A stretch of 63,679 nt of DNA, counting the filler, from Saprolegnia diclina VS20 (lineage: Eukaryota): NCBI RefSeq assembly GCF_000281045.1. It is 8 parts of 2 records of this genome, joined end to end, with 100 filler letters (N's around TTAATTAATTAA, not from the genome) between each part and the next. Parts side by side here need not be neighbours in the genome. Positions count along the whole stretch, not along the records: positions 19,236 to 33,056 come from NW_008246140.1; positions 33,157 to 52,597 come from NW_008246140.1; 6 more parts are not named here. One strand, written 5' to 3'. Below, piece by piece: positions 23,354 to 36,396 of this stretch. Position 1 is the stretch's first letter; every line of letters starts with the position of its first letter. The position numbers and the translations under genes were made by a program. The notes beneath the pieces are model-generated. The model was not told the origin of the DNA. It saw only the letters and a list, made by a program, of their open reading frames with translations, and searched no databases.

Positions 23354-25627
23354 AAGCCATTGCTTGTGATCTCATGCGGCAGATCAGCTGCTACGCCTAG
23401 TCCAACTGCACTGTCCCAGCTTACAATCCTGAAGTCGCTACTAACGTTAGTATACTAGTTTGCAAGCGGTACCTCGTTCAGCCACGTATCTGCAACGAAG
23501 CTTACTGCTTTTGGTCACGGCAACAAGAATCATGTCCAGTGGNNNNNNNNNNNNNNNNNNNNNNNNNNNNNNNNNNNNNNNNNNNNNNNNNNNNNNNNNN
23601 NNNNNNNNNNNNNNNNNNNNNNNNNNNNNNNNNNNNNNNNNNNNNNNNNNNNNNNNNNNNNNNNNNNNNNNNNNNNNNNNNNNNNNNNNNNNNNNNNNNN
23701 NNNNNNNNNNNNNNNNNNNNNNNNNNNNNNNNNNNNNNNNNNNNNNNNNNNNNNNNNNNNNNNNNNNNNNNNNNNNNNNNNNNNNNNNNNNNNNNNNNNN
23801 NNNNNNNNNNNNNNNNNNNNNNNNNNNNNNNNNNNNNNNNNNNNNNNNNNNNNNNNNNNNNNNNNNNNNNNNNNNNNNNNNNNNNNNNNNNNNNNNNNNN
23901 NNNNNNNNNNNNNNNNNNNNNNNNNNNNNNNNNNNNNNNNNNNNNNNNNNNNNNNNNNNNNNNNNNNNNNNNNNNNNNNNNNNNNNNNNNNNNNNNNNNN
24001 NNNNNNNNNNNNNNNNNNNNNNNNNNNNNNNNNNNNNNNNNNNNNNNNNNNNNNNNNNNNNNNNNNNNNNNNNNNNNNNNNNNNNNNNNNNNNNNNNNNN
24101 NNNNNNNNNNNNNNNNNNNNNNNNNNNNNNNNNNNNNNNNNNNNNNNNNNNNNNNNNNNNNNNNNNNNNNNAGTGGGTTCTGGTCTGGCTAGACAGAGTG
24201 GCATCGCTCGTGATCTTGGGCGGCTGATCAGCCGCATGGACGAGCAAACCCTACACCTAGTGCCACTCGATGATCCGAGATCCCGTGAAATTCTGAGTTG
24301 GTTATTTTGCTGCGATTACATAGCAAGTAGCCTTTAGAGTGCGAAGGGCTGATAGCAAACAGGCTTGTCCGACAAAATTCTCTTCAAAAGAGCCCACAAA
24401 AGAACGGGCATCTGAGGTTGGTCTTTGGCCACATGCGATCGATGCCAGAACGACAATTAATGGCCGACGGCTCGTGTGCAGCCACACGTTTGTTTGCTCT
24501 CGTACTCAGCAGAGTCGCGGCAAGCCTGTACCTTATCGGAAAGTCCGAACAAGCTACCTGCTTCTCAGACGCCAACGATGGTTGGTAGAAACGAATCTTG
24601 TAATCAGGTGTGCGGCGCACGGTGCTCTGGCGTGAGCACTCGGCCCTCAAGGTAAGGTGGGCGTCTACTGCCATGGTCAACACTTTCTGAGCGCAAGCCA
24701 TGCTTCCACGCCGCGTTCTTTGTCCACCTCGACCTTGGCGCAAAGACTAGTTTACATGACGATTTATACCCATTTTTGCTGTCATATCGCGACACCCGTG
24801 TGTCGTTGCAACGCGTTGTGAGATGGTTTGGCGGGTTTGATTGGCTGTCGGGCGATTCTGATTCGCACGCGATAGGGATTGTTGCGTTGATCCAGACCCC
24901 GACGGCGTCCAAAGAAACGAAGATCTGTGACCTGGCGAAGGACACGGGCGGCTAAGGTTGGGTGCCGACACGAGCTGTACAATGCGAAAGACGCCTGTGA
25001 CGACCACGCGAGTTGCCTCCAGCCGAGCTGTCCAAGGCGCGTCGTGGGTGCATCTGCACGCTCTATACAATTGTATGTCAAACAGAGTGCCGAGGTATAG
25101 TAGTCTAGTCGTGGTTCTATGCTAGCTCGTTTCGACGTGGTGTACGTTGTGCCTCTCCGAAAGAGTGTGAGGATACGTTGGGTCTGATTGCAAAGTGACT
25201 CAATCATGTTGTCTTCCCGAACGAACGCCTTCTCGACGAATCATAGGTCTTTCTCGGTCGTAGCGACGACTTCGTATCGGACACGTAAACGTACTAGGTG
25301 TGCCGACGCCGATGCTCAGTTTGCATCGCGTCATGCTAGGCTCTATTGCAGTCGGTGCAGGTCGCGCAATATCGAAACTCGGACTACAGGTGCACGTTTT
25401 GTGGTCTACAGCTACTACTAGTCATACGGTAGCTGATGAATCAACTCAGATAGCGGCGATAAATAATGTGATTTCATACCGGAGCTGCTTTTGGTCACCG
25501 CAACAAGAATCATGTCCAGTGGAAATGGTAGAGTATTGAAATCGACTTGGTAAAAAATGACTAGCTCGCATCAATTCGGCCGCGTGGGCCAACACACATA
25601 CGACGACGGCACAATGGTCCAAGCTGC

Positions 25628-26368
25628 TTAGCAAGCCGGCTTGGGGAGGTACGGCGCAATAAAGTCCTTGGCGTACGAGAGGCGAGCGTACACACCCGGG
25701 AGACCCGCCTGGGCGCAGCCGAGGCCCCAGCTCGTGAGACCGACGAGCACGTCCTTGCCGTCCTTGGAGACCGTAAGCGGGCCACCCGAGTCGCCCTGGC
25801 ACGTGTCCTCGCCCCCGACGCCACCGGCGCAGATCATCGTCACGTCCACGGGGGTCAAACCCGGCTTGTTGAGCTTGTCGAAAGCGGCCTGGCAGTCCTT
25901 GTTGGACCAGATCTTGAGGCCGACCTCCTTGAGAACATTCGACTGCGAGCCGCCCGACGACGTCGTGCCCCAGCCACGGGCCATGCCGAGGACACCCGGA
26001 GCACCAGCGACGTCCTTCTCGTCAAAGAGGATCTCAATCGGCGTCACAGTCGTCGCGTTAGCGAGCTCAAGGATAGCGTAGTCGTACACCATCGTGTCCA
26101 TGTCGAACTTGGGGTGGTGCACGATCTTCTTGACCTTGATGCGCTCGCCGTCCTTGGAGCCGCTGAGGTAGTGGGAGCCGATCGAGACGTACTCGATCCA
26201 GTCACCATCGGCGCAGTGGCCGGCCGTGAGGATCGTCGTCGGCGAGATGACGGCACCACCGCAGTAGTTGGGGCCCGTGGCGACGTCGCGGAGACCCGAG
26301 ACGTAGAGGTGCTTGCCGACCTCGGCTTCCTTGCCACCGACGATTTCAATCGTGTTGGACGACTGGGC
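25628..26368 (-). CDS. Trypsin-like serine protease (S1A) with intact triad; 5' end lies in a gap
   Basis: IVGG mature N-terminus, TAGHC, YDYA and DTCQGDSGGP, with Asp at the S1 position. Confidence 0.92.
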   Translation of the reverse strand, partial: AQSSNTIEIVGGKEAEVGKHLYVSGLRDVATGPNYCGGAVISPTTILTAGHCADGDWIEYVSIGSHYLSGSKDGERIKVKKIVHHPKFDMDTMVYDYAILELANATTVTPIEILFDEKDVAGAPGVLGMARGWGTTSSGGSQSNVLKEVGLKIWSNKDCQAAFDKLNKPGLTPVDVTMICAGGVGGEDTCQGDSGGPLTVSKDGKDVLVGLTSWGLGCAQAGLPGVYARLSYAKDFIAPYLPKPAC

Positions 26369-26619
26369 NNNNNNNNNNNNNNNNNNNNNNNNNNNNNNNN
26401 NNNNNNNNNNNNNNNNNNNNNNNNNNNNNNNNNNNNNNNNNNNNNNNNNNNNNNNNNNNNNNNNNNNNNNNNNNNNNNNNNNNNNNNNNNNNNNNNNNNN
26501 NNNNNNNNNNNNNNNNNNNNNNNNNNNNNNNNNNNNNNNNNNNNNNNNNNNNNNNNNNNNNNNNNNNNNNNNNNNNNNNNNNNNNNNNNNNNNNNNNNNN
26601 NNNNNNNNNNNNNNNNNNN

Positions 26620-26779
26620 GCGTCCCAGAGTCGCTGGGGTAATGTAATAGCACCCTCCTGGGTCTGAGTTGGTTATTTCGATACGCTCACGTCGGAGACT
26701 ACAACATACGTCGGAGTAGCATGTGGACTGCGAACGACATGCAGAGCTTTTGCCAGGAACCTATGTATGCTAGCCGTTC
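26620..26779. repeat. About 160-bp repeat, copy B
   Basis: Matches 23005-23163. Confidence 0.85.
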
Positions 26780-28605
26780 CCCGTCATCAAAGCCTCGTGG
26801 ACCCAAAGTCTCGACCGACGATCGAGCAAGCGAGGTTATTTGTGTGGTTGAAACATCCACGACCGCCATCGCCAGCATTTAACGGCGACAGAGGCTCTGG
26901 CTTAGCTGCCTCAGACCGCTCGTTGCAATGCCTGGTCGTAGCCACACGTTTGCTTGCTCGTATTTAGCAGAGTCGCCGCCGCCATGTACCTTATAGGGAG
27001 GTCCCAGGGCTACGCTACTTCTCAGACACCAACGAGAGTGGATACAAATCTTGTAATCAGGTCGTATGAAGTGCACGGGCCTGGCGTCAGTACCCAGTGC
27101 ACTGAAGGATCGATACATGAGTGGACCGCTGCTGCTTTGGGAGACAGTGAAAGCATCTACTTGCCGTTCAGAATGTGATCACGCCGCGTGCGCGCTCTGA
27201 GATGGCTCGGCGCGTCTGATTGGCTGTTTATTAATGTTTCTGATTTTCGCGACGATAGTGATCGTAGGCCTGGCTTGGAATCACATGCACAATGCTTGAA
27301 CACGCGACAAGGCTCTGCTGGTACAGGCGACTCTAGTCGACTAATATAATACACTTATATAAAGTATTATTAATAAACAGAAAGCAAATGTTTATCTGCG
27401 CAGGCCACTCTGGTTGGAAACGCTGGTGGCGATGTGGCGACATTCTGATTTGGGTAGAGACCAGTGCCACTTTCTGATCACACTCAGAATCTTGCTCATG
27501 TTCAGAACCGATATCCCGTCGTAGTATTGTATCGTCGGGAAGATCGACGTCGACAGTCCACTCTTGTGTGCCTCTCATTGGTTGGCGATTGGGTGGATTT
27601 CGGAGATGATAACAGGGTGTAGCCAACCCCAGCCCTAATCAAATCAAGATTATCAGATAGAGAGTGTCGTCTGTGTACGGTATGTGCAGCGACCGGCCAT
27701 GAGAGTGAAGGCCGCCTGCGCTCTCTCGCCTGCCATTCGAGCCGTCGGTACAGATGAGCATGGTAACTGCACACGTCTGAAAGAGGGTACCTTCCCATGG
27801 CATCTAGAAGAGCGAGGAATTCATCATAGCTCCGCCACTGAGAAGACTGTGCGGCCGGAATGTATGTGCTCTCAAACAGTCCCTCGAGATACAAGCGCCA
27901 ATCTCGATGCGGTAGATCATCGTCGAGTGTGCTGCGACATCATCGATATCGATCGCGCCAACCATAGTCAAACGTCAGGCTCTTGTGCAATTTGACCACC
28001 AAATTCGGAGGTTGATTACGCCAGGCTCGTGTGTGGCGACTGCAGATGAGAGTTTTAACTTCGCTGCACTCCGACCGAGTGCTGTACGAGCGCTGCGGCG
28101 TCAAGCACCAACTAGAACACGCTCGCTAACTATCACATGTGCTAAACGACGAGCGACCGGCATCGCTCAGCTTTTCCTCTTGTTTGGGAACAGTTAGCAG
28201 TTTGCTCTTGAGCGATAACCTATTTTGCGGTCGACTCTTCATTGGTTACGAACTACTCGACGCGGACCCTCGTCGCGACACTCAACGCCGTTCGCCGCGT
28301 TGGTGGTGCAAGCCCGTTTACCTTGCGCGCTCTCTCCGTAGCTTACTAGTAGCTAGCTACCTCTCTCCCTCGGTCGCTCGGATTTCCGGACCACCCGAGC
28401 TACGGGTCGGATATCTCGACAAATGACCGTGGTCAGCTGTACTAGTACCGCTCATCTCGCGGAAGCATACCAACGCTATTCCCAACGTAACGCTAACCTA
28501 TGTCATCGTGACAATGACAAAGTTGTACAACAAAGGAAGAGAACACAAAAGATCTAGTCATGTTTTGAATACACGGAGGAGGGTACGAAAGGAGTTTCGT
28601 TGCAC

Positions 28606-29214
28606 TTAGGCGCGAGCGACAATCTTGGCGTGCGGCACACGGCGGTGGTCAAGCGGCTCTTCGGCGACCCAGTCCATGCCGCCCCACGGCACGAGCATCT
28701 TGGTGGCCGCGAGCGCATCGTCCTTGGGGTCGTTGTTGCGGCCGAAGCGCGTCGAGCCGTGGTACCAGTACACGGCCTTCTCCGTGTCTTCGACGTTGGT
28801 GGTGAGGACGAGCCAGTACTTGGCGTTGGGCAAGAGCGTCTTGTTGGCAGGCGGCGACCACTTGAGGAGCGCGCGCTTCTCCTGCTTCTCAATGTTGAAG
28901 CGCATCGGCGTCGAGTCGTTGGCGCAACCGGGGACACCCTCAACCAAGCCCGTGCCGGGCTCCGAGAAGCAAATGTCGGCTTCGATCCACGAGTCCTTAC
29001 CCGCCTTGAGCGTGTTGACCATAAACTCAACCGACTCAATCGACTGGCCCTCGCCGCAGAGGCTACCAGCACGGAACTGGACGGCCCACGGCATCTTCTG
29101 GGTGATGACAGCGCCGTACGTCACGGCGCGGTCCTCCGGGAGGCCCGAGTCAAAGAGCGTCTGGGCGGCCGAGGTCGTGGCAAGGGCCAAAGCAAGCGTC
29201 GAGAGGAACTGCAT
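28606..29214 (-). CDS. Secreted protein of unknown function (about 202 aa)
   Basis: Signal peptide MQFLSTLALALATTSAA, strong GC3 codon bias and an Inr/FPR element upstream. Confidence 0.85.
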   Translation of the reverse strand: MQFLSTLALALATTSAAQTLFDSGLPEDRAVTYGAVITQKMPWAVQFRAGSLCGEGQSIESVEFMVNTLKAGKDSWIEADICFSEPGTGLVEGVPGCANDSTPMRFNIEKQEKRALLKWSPPANKTLLPNAKYWLVLTTNVEDTEKAVYWYHGSTRFGRNNDPKDDALAATKMLVPWGGMDWVAEEPLDHRRVPHAKIVARA

Positions 29215-29234
29215 TGTCGAAAAGTGCGTTTGAC

Positions 29235-29251
29235 GGCAAATGGAAAAGTGA
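29235..29251 (-). promoter_or_regulatory. Oomycete Inr+FPR core promoter element
   Basis: TCACTTTTCCATTTGCC lies about 20 nt upstream of the ATG at 29214. Confidence 0.6.
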
Positions 29252-30119
29252 GTCGTCTCCCGCGACTGTATTCTTTCGCGCTCGAATGTGGCCATTCTCA
29301 GGACGCGGACACGCCAAAGTGCTTTGCAGTGCATACTCGACACCGTTCCCGCTTGCAGTTCGCACCGCGCAACACGATGTGTGGCGCCAAATGCACGCGT
29401 GTTTTCATTGGCTAATTTGCGCCAATCGAATGCATTCCTGGTTTTAATTGGCTACTGGGTAGCCAATCCGATTCCAGGCAACGCGAAATCGTGCGTTCTC
29501 AGAACAGCTTGTCAAGTGTGCGGTCAGGAGCACACGTCGCTGCTGGGATCGACACCTTGCACTGCATGAGACAGAAGTGCCAGTACAAGTAGAGTTGGAC
29601 CATGCAATGTACTCTAGTCGCGTGGCAATGCATGTGGCGTGATCCATCGCCTCTACATGTGTACTAACATCAACAACTCGAGGCGCTGCCTTGCAGTGCG
29701 AGCAACGGCTACCAAGCCACGTGTCACAGGGTGCGCGCCCAACGCAGCCAAGAGAGGCCGGTCGCTGCAAAAGCAGTGCACTCTCTTGAGCGTCTCTCGT
29801 GCGTCTCGCGATGTACCAGATTTTCCCAGATTCTGGAGGCTTGTACCAGTCGGGCATGTGGTCGGTCCACATCTGCAAGCGCTGTCCAATTGCAGAAGGG
29901 AGAGAAGGGAGAGCAGATATATTCGATGCCGATCGGTGATCACATCGTCAAATCGACGTCGGACTCTGCGAACAAGACTAGAGCGCGTCCATGATAACGG
30001 CCAAGGACGGGCCGTGCATTCCAACATACTGTAGGTCTTGACAACGCAAGTCGACAGCATCCAGAGCAAGCAAATGAATTGAGCGTTTCTATGCAAGACG
30101 GTCTATATCATCCCGCTGT

Positions 30120-31574
30120 CTATGGCTTCTTGGCCGCCTTGGGCTTGTTGGCAAACGTCTGCACCGTCTTGCCCTTCTGCGCCTGGGCAACCGCCGCCTG
30201 GAACGGGGACACGGCCGTCGCCGACGTCGAAAACGACGGTGTCAACGCCTACGCACCGACTCCGGTTCATCCTTGACACTAGTCGTCGGTGGTACCTGGA
30301 CGCTGGGAATGCCAAACGCCGAGCGGACGGCCGGCACCTTGAGCACCATTGTTTGCGCGAGCGTAAAGCAGTTGGACGTCACCCAGTAGACGAGGATGCC
30401 CTACCAAACGCGCAGGAAATAGTGTGTTGTGTGTACGACAACGGCAGGTTACCGACTGGAACGTGGTCGCGACCGGCACCATGATGAGCGCCACCATGCG
30501 CATGCCCATCTTGGCCTGCGAGAGGTACTCCTTTGGAAGGCCGTCACCGCCCGCCTACACGTCACCGTGTTAATATCAATCTATCAAGTCAACTGCCCAC
30601 CTCCATGGACGCAATCATGAGCGCCGACGAGAGGACGGGGAGCGCGTAGAGCGGGTCGGGCGACGCGAGGTCCTGAAACCACAACGTGCCTTCGCTCGCG
30701 TACTCTGGAATGTGCGTCGAAATTTCCTGGAGGCCCCAGAAAAAGCCCAAAAAGATCGGCAGCTAAAGCACTTGAGCCATCTCGAGCTTGGCACCACGGC
30801 GGGTACCTGCGAGAGCGGCATCAGGAACGACATGAACGGACGCACTTCGTGCTCCTTGAAGAGGTTCTTGGCACGCGCGCGGAACTCGGCCATCTTCTTT
30901 GGGTCGTACGCTTCCTGCGAGCTCTTGATCTCATCCTGGAGCTTCTCGAGCTTGGGCTTCATGATGTTCATGCGCGCCGAGTTGCGCATCTAGCGACGAC
31001 AACTTGTACAATGCATTGCCATATCGATGTCGCGTACCGACATGACCGAGATCGGGAAAAACACCGAGCGGACCGCGACCGTCGTCGCAATGATGGTCGC
31101 CCACCACGGAAGGCCCGTCGTCACGTGCGCCACGTCCAAAACGCGCACCGCAATCTCCGCAAGCGAGTAGCCTACGCATGTTCGATCAACCAGGCACAGG
31201 CGAGGCGGATGCCCTACCCATCTCGGCAGTCGCCGGCGAAATTGCCGTGTGCACAAAGTCGACACCGTTCTGGAGCATGACCGGGTCGAGCTCCGACGTC
31301 GGCGCCGGCGTCACCAGCGGCGTCGCCTCGTCGCTACAAGACATACGGCGTGGGCCATCGATACACGACGATCCATGGCGCACCTCGGGGCGAGCGTCGA
31401 GAAGGCGGCGCGGACAGGCAGGCCCGACGAGTGGCTACAGAGTACCATGGTGAGCCGCCATGTAGAGGTCGACGGAGGCGTGGCCTACTTGGCGAAGCGG
31501 AGGTGCTGGCCGACGGAGCTCGTCGCCTTGCGCCACTGGGCGCGGGAGTGGAGGACGGTCGCAGCGCGCAACAT
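30120..31574 (-). CDS. OXA1: Mitochondrial inner-membrane insertase, Oxa1/YidC family (multi-exon)
   Basis: Transit-peptide-like start MLRAATVLHSRAQWRK. Exons give GLPWWATIIATTVAVRSVFFP, QLPIFLGFFWGL, GTLWFQDLASPDPLYALP and GILVYWVTSN, separated by many short GT-AG introns. The last exon ends KPKAAKKP*. Confidence 0.85.
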
Positions 31575-33100
31575 GGGGGCAATGGACTGGTCGAGAGGAA
31601 TGCAGTCGTCCGGATGCAATGCCACGCACGGTTGCANNNNNNNNNNNNNNNNNNNNNNNNNNNNNNNNNNNNNNNNNNNNNNNNNNNNNNNNNNNNNNNN
31701 NNNNNNNNNNNNNNNNNNNNNNNNNNNNNNNNNNNNNNNNNNNNNNNNNNNNNNNNNNNNNNNNNNNNNNNNNNNNNNNNNNNNNNNNNNNNNNNNNNNN
31801 NNNNNNNNNNNNNNNNNNNNNNNNNNNNNNNNNNNNNNNNNNNNNNNNNNNNNNNNNNNNNNNNNNNNNNNNNNNNNNNNNNNNNNNNNNNNNNNNNNNN
31901 NNNNNNNNNNNNNNNNNNNNNNNNNNNNNNNNNNNNNNNNNNNNNNNNNNNNNNNNNNNNNNNNNNNNNNNNNNNNNNNNNNNNNNNNNNNNNNNNNNNN
32001 NNNNNNNNNNNNNNNNNNNNNNNNNNNNNNNNNNNNNNNNNNNNNNNNNNNNNNNNNNNNNNNNNNNNNNNNNNNNNNNNNNNNNNNNNNNNNNNNNNNN
32101 NNNNNNNNNNNNNNNNNNNNNNNNNNNNNNNNNNNGTCGGTCAGTAGCATGCGCCAAGCCGACCCTTGTTGGATGGCTCACGCCAGCGTAATGGATCAAG
32201 GACCGTCGTTAAAGATTCGGAATGTCGTCGTACAGTCGGCAAGTCTCTCGTGCGGAAGCTTTCAAAATTCAATGTCGAGTGCGATGAGAGAGAGAGCGGG
32301 CGGAGAGTACACTCTTTCTAGCGCGTCGCCCAATAAGTACGTCAAACTGAAGGCGCTTGGTCGGGGCTCGGGATTGAATGGAGAATGGGGTAAGGGTCGT
32401 AGGGCATGGAGCGACTCGGCAAGCGAAGGCACCACGGCGCGACGAGCCAAGTGCCGGATATGCAATGGCGTGATAGTAGCGGCTTGGATCGCGAGCGTAG
32501 CGTGAAAGGGCGTCAATGTCGTGCGGAACACGCGGTTGTTGCGTTCAAGCCAAAGACTGTACCAAACGCAAGCGCGCAAGAGCCCAGAGGGCACAGATGG
32601 TCGACTTGTGGGCTACGAACGGCAGAGCGACTGCATCGTAGAGGAAGCCACCGACCGACGACGCCCAATGCGTGTTGGTATCGCGACCACGGTCGCTGGC
32701 ATCATACATTGTGTCGATAGAAAAGGATCCGAGCCAAAGAAAGAAGCCCACGTCATTGCGTGGCATTAGACATTTTTTCTGTGGCTGCAGACCACCAGGC
32801 ACGTAGTTTTCTGTCTCCAAATGACACGACAAGCAAATAAGTACCGGCGGCGTGTCAGTCATATCGATGGCCATAGAGAGTGAGGCTCGTTAGCTTGCAG
32901 TCGGACACGTCCGAGTGTTGGCGTCAGCGCAACAACCGCACCGTCCGCTCATCGCAGACCAGTGCACACGCAGTCACGGGCTCCCAGTAGCTTTGCTTGC
33001 GCTCAATCAGTTCGTATAGGTCACCACTGTTGACATTTCAACCGGCGAGATGGGCTNNNNNNNNNNNNNNNNNNNNNNNNNNNNNNNNNNNNNNNNNNNN

Positions 33101-33112
33101 TTAATTAATTAA
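33101..33112. other. Artificial contig linker
   Basis: TTAATTAATTAA in an N run. Confidence 0.95.
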
Positions 33113-33155
33113 NNNNNNNNNNNNNNNNNNNNNNNNNNNNNNNNNNNNNNNNNNN

Positions 33156-33773
33156 NGCAATGACGTAGCCGAACGAGACGAGCATGCTCATCATGATGAA
33201 GAGCGTGCCGCGGTTGGGCGCGTCGACGTCAAAGTACTTTTCGAGGTCCCCCGGGAGAAGCTTGGCCCGCGCCGTGTCGCACGTCTTGGGGTTGGTCGTC
33301 AAGCGGCGGTCGCAGTACGGCTTGCCGAACGGCGTGAACGTCATGACCGCAAGACAGATCATCGTGATGGTCCAGCCAATGAGCATCCACGACTTGCGGC
33401 GGTAGCCCATGATGGGCACGCAGTCCGAGAGCATGCCAAAGAAGACCTTGAACGACCAGCCCGTCGTGACGAGCACGCCGTAGGACGCGGTCTGGTAGCC
33501 TTCCATGCCGAGGTACACCGTGTAGAGCGGGTAGACCAAGGTCGGGATCATGCCGTAGATGACGCCGATCGCACCGTACTGCGAAAAGAGACCAAACGCC
33601 TCGCGCGAAAAGAGGTGCAGCGCACCACCTTCAACCAACGCGCCGTCTTCGAGCTCACCGGGCGTCTTGGCATCAGCGTACCCGGCGCCGTTGGCGTCCT
33701 TCTCGTGCGTGTTGGACTGGATGTAGGAGACGCGCTCCTCGAGGTCCATCTTGCCTTGCACTTGATGCGCCAT
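33156..33773 (-). CDS. BT1/folate-biopterin-transporter-like MFS protein, 5' part (paralog of the 38409 gene)
   Basis: Nearly identical to the first ~206 aa of the 38409 gene; contains WSFKVFFGMLSDCVPIMGYRRKSW. Cut by the linker. Confidence 0.88.
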
Positions 33774-35297
33774 GCTGGGCAAATGTAAAAGTGTGTTGGG
33801 GCATTGGTTCGATGATCGGCGTTTCTGAGCCGTTGAGGCGGTCCGCGTCTGGGGTTCTGAGAAGGGGAACGTCAAAAGGTAAACAAACTCAGATGACGAC
33901 ATCTGGTGTGACGTTCGTTGACAGCAAAGAATTTCGAATGGGTACAAGTTGTTCAAGAATGGGCGTGCGAGCTAGGGCGTGCGTTGCTCGATTCGGCTGG
34001 CACATCATTGGTTTACATATCGAAGTGAGTTATTGTGATGATGAATATGGTGGACTTCGTTATGCATTCGTGAGGCAAGGCCAGTTCGTCAAGCGGAGGC
34101 CGCTTGGTTACGACTCGGATTGTGCGAGGAGCGAGATAGCGAGCACTAACAAAATGGGTGCTGTTTGCGGTCAGACTTGAGTGTGGCGCAGGGTGGGAGG
34201 ACATCATAAGCAGCGGGTACCATGAACATAAAATTGGACTTCAATTTTTTGCCTCCGGACACGTCCTTACAGAGAGGCAGACAGGCTGCAGAAGGAGACA
34301 AGTGGTTGAACAAGCAGTCTACCGGTATTAGCCGGTATTCTGTGTATCGACCCTATATAGGGTTTATCATGCAAGGGCTTGCACTTTCGACTTGACAAGC
34401 GCTCTATAAGTGTGTATAGTTGAGACCACCCACGTCAGTGAGTAAAACCTCTGCACTTGACAGCCTTGCTCAACCGCAGAGTGGCGTTCGAAGGTAAAAG
34501 ATACCTCGTGACACACCCATGCTGTTCTCAGATGTGTTGATTTGACGACGACGGGCTACGCACAGCACCAAGAAATGATAACGACCAAGTCCCACGCCAG
34601 CGCACCCATATCTAAGCCGAGTGCTTGCCTGCAGTTCAAATGCCGAATGCAATCCAGATAGCTGTGAATTTATTTGGGCATAAATGACTCGGAACTGTTT
34701 TAGTTCAGGTGCAGTTTTTGCACCGGGAGAGCTTTCAAGAAGAGCCGTAACCGCGAGGCGTCGTGCTCAAGTCACCACAGCCGTGCTCAGGTTCAGCCCC
34801 GTCGAGAGCGGGCCAGACCATCTGACACCGTTGTCAGCCTGGAATCGGAGTGGACGGGAAGGCTTGCACGAGTTTCCTGTCTCTGCTCTGCTTTTTAAGA
34901 GCGTCAAAAGGCAAAGAAGGCCAACGACCGTGGGTGGCTGGTGCCAGCTGGCACCGATGGCGCAGGAGGCAATTAGTTGAGCATGTGATATCTATGCGCA
35001 TCATCTTCACAGTACCACTATCATTCGTTCTGGCTGCATGTTCACATCTGGATGCATGCCTCTGCAGCGAGGCTCAGCAAGCTTGTAAAATAACATACCG
35101 ACAAAGAATTATTGAATCCCCAGCAACAAGCGCGCATTTCGCTTCGTCGCCGGATTGGTTTTATTAAAAAGCACAGTGAGGCGACTATGACATATGGCGA
35201 CACGTCATGATGGGTACAGCTCCACGGCGGCAACGTTCGCTCGCAAAGAAGTCAGCCACAGTGCAATTATTGTTCAAGGGCTTCGTCGCCCATTCCC

Positions 35298-35478
35298 ATG
35301 CCAACAAGCGACGCAAGCAGTGACGCCGAGGCGCATCGCTCGCGCTACCGAGCCTACTATGCAAGAAACCGGGCGTCGATTTTGGCCCGCATGCGGGAGC
35401 GGTACGCCGACAATCGAGAGCTCGAGCATGACCGCCAGCGCGACAAATATTTGCGCCGAAAAGCCCGCCGGAAATTGT
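35298..35478 (+). CDS. Small basic helical protein, copy 1 (3' end in gap)
   Basis: Identical to 36118-36298. Confidence 0.55.
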
Positions 35479-36117
35479 NNNNNNNNNNNNNNNNNNNNNN
35501 NNNNNNNNNNNNNNNNNNNNNNNNNNNNNNNNNNNNNNNNNNNNNNNNNNNNNNNNNNNNNNNNNNNNNNNNNNNNNNAGGAATCGATCGACTGGCTGGA
35601 CAAAAGATGGTCGACCAAGTGCCATCTGCATATTGACAGATGGCACTGGCGCAGGAGGCAACAAGTTGAACATGTGATATCTGTGCGCATTATCTTCGTG
35701 ACTACAGTGTACCACTATACGCTAGCGGTGCGTACACTATCCGGTTGACTATAGGCCGGCCACGTGCGTCGGTGGTTTCTCTACAACAACTTTCCGAAAA
35801 TATTTATGAAATGCGCGCATCATGTACTAGTAGCTCGTATGAACGATCCATGGCCTCTCATGAGGATGGATATTCAGCTTCGTTGTATTGTCACTGGCAA
35901 TTGTGCGTGGAGTACACTACATTAATGTACTAGTCGGATTCTGCATCGTCGCTCGGGTTGGTCTTATCGCAGCGTCATTCTCTAGGCGCCTGGGACATAT
36001 GGCGGTGCATCATGATGGGTGTATGGCGACAAGTACAAATAATAGTATACCGTTTGCTACAAACAACAACTGCAGCCACAGTGCAATTATTGTTCAAGAG
36101 CTTCGTCACCCATTCCC

Positions 36118-36396
36118 ATGCCAACAAGCGACGCAAGCAGTGACGCCGAGGCGCATCGCTCGCGCTACCGAGCCTACTATGCAAGAAACCGGGCGTCGAT
36201 TTTGGCCCGCATGCGGGAGCGGTACGCCGACAATCGAGAGCTCGAGCATGACCGCCAGCGCGACAAATATTTGCGCCGAAAAGCCCGCCGGAAATTGTCG
36301 GCCTTGGAACGCAAGTCGTGTGCGCTGCAGCTGCCCTTCATTTTGGACACAACACCGGCCGTTGACAAGGGCAGCATCCAATTCATCTTAAATTAA
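36118..36396 (+). CDS. Small Arg-rich helical protein (92 aa) ending in SIQFILN, copy 2
   Basis: The ORF is conserved exactly between tandem copies while the flanks diverge. Confidence 0.65.
   Translation: MPTSDASSDAEAHRSRYRAYYARNRASILARMRERYADNRELEHDRQRDKYLRRKARRKLSALERKSCALQLPFILDTTPAVDKGSIQFILN

Noticed and set aside
22141..24247. Long ORFs composed mostly of X
   Set aside because: Artefacts of reading through N gaps.
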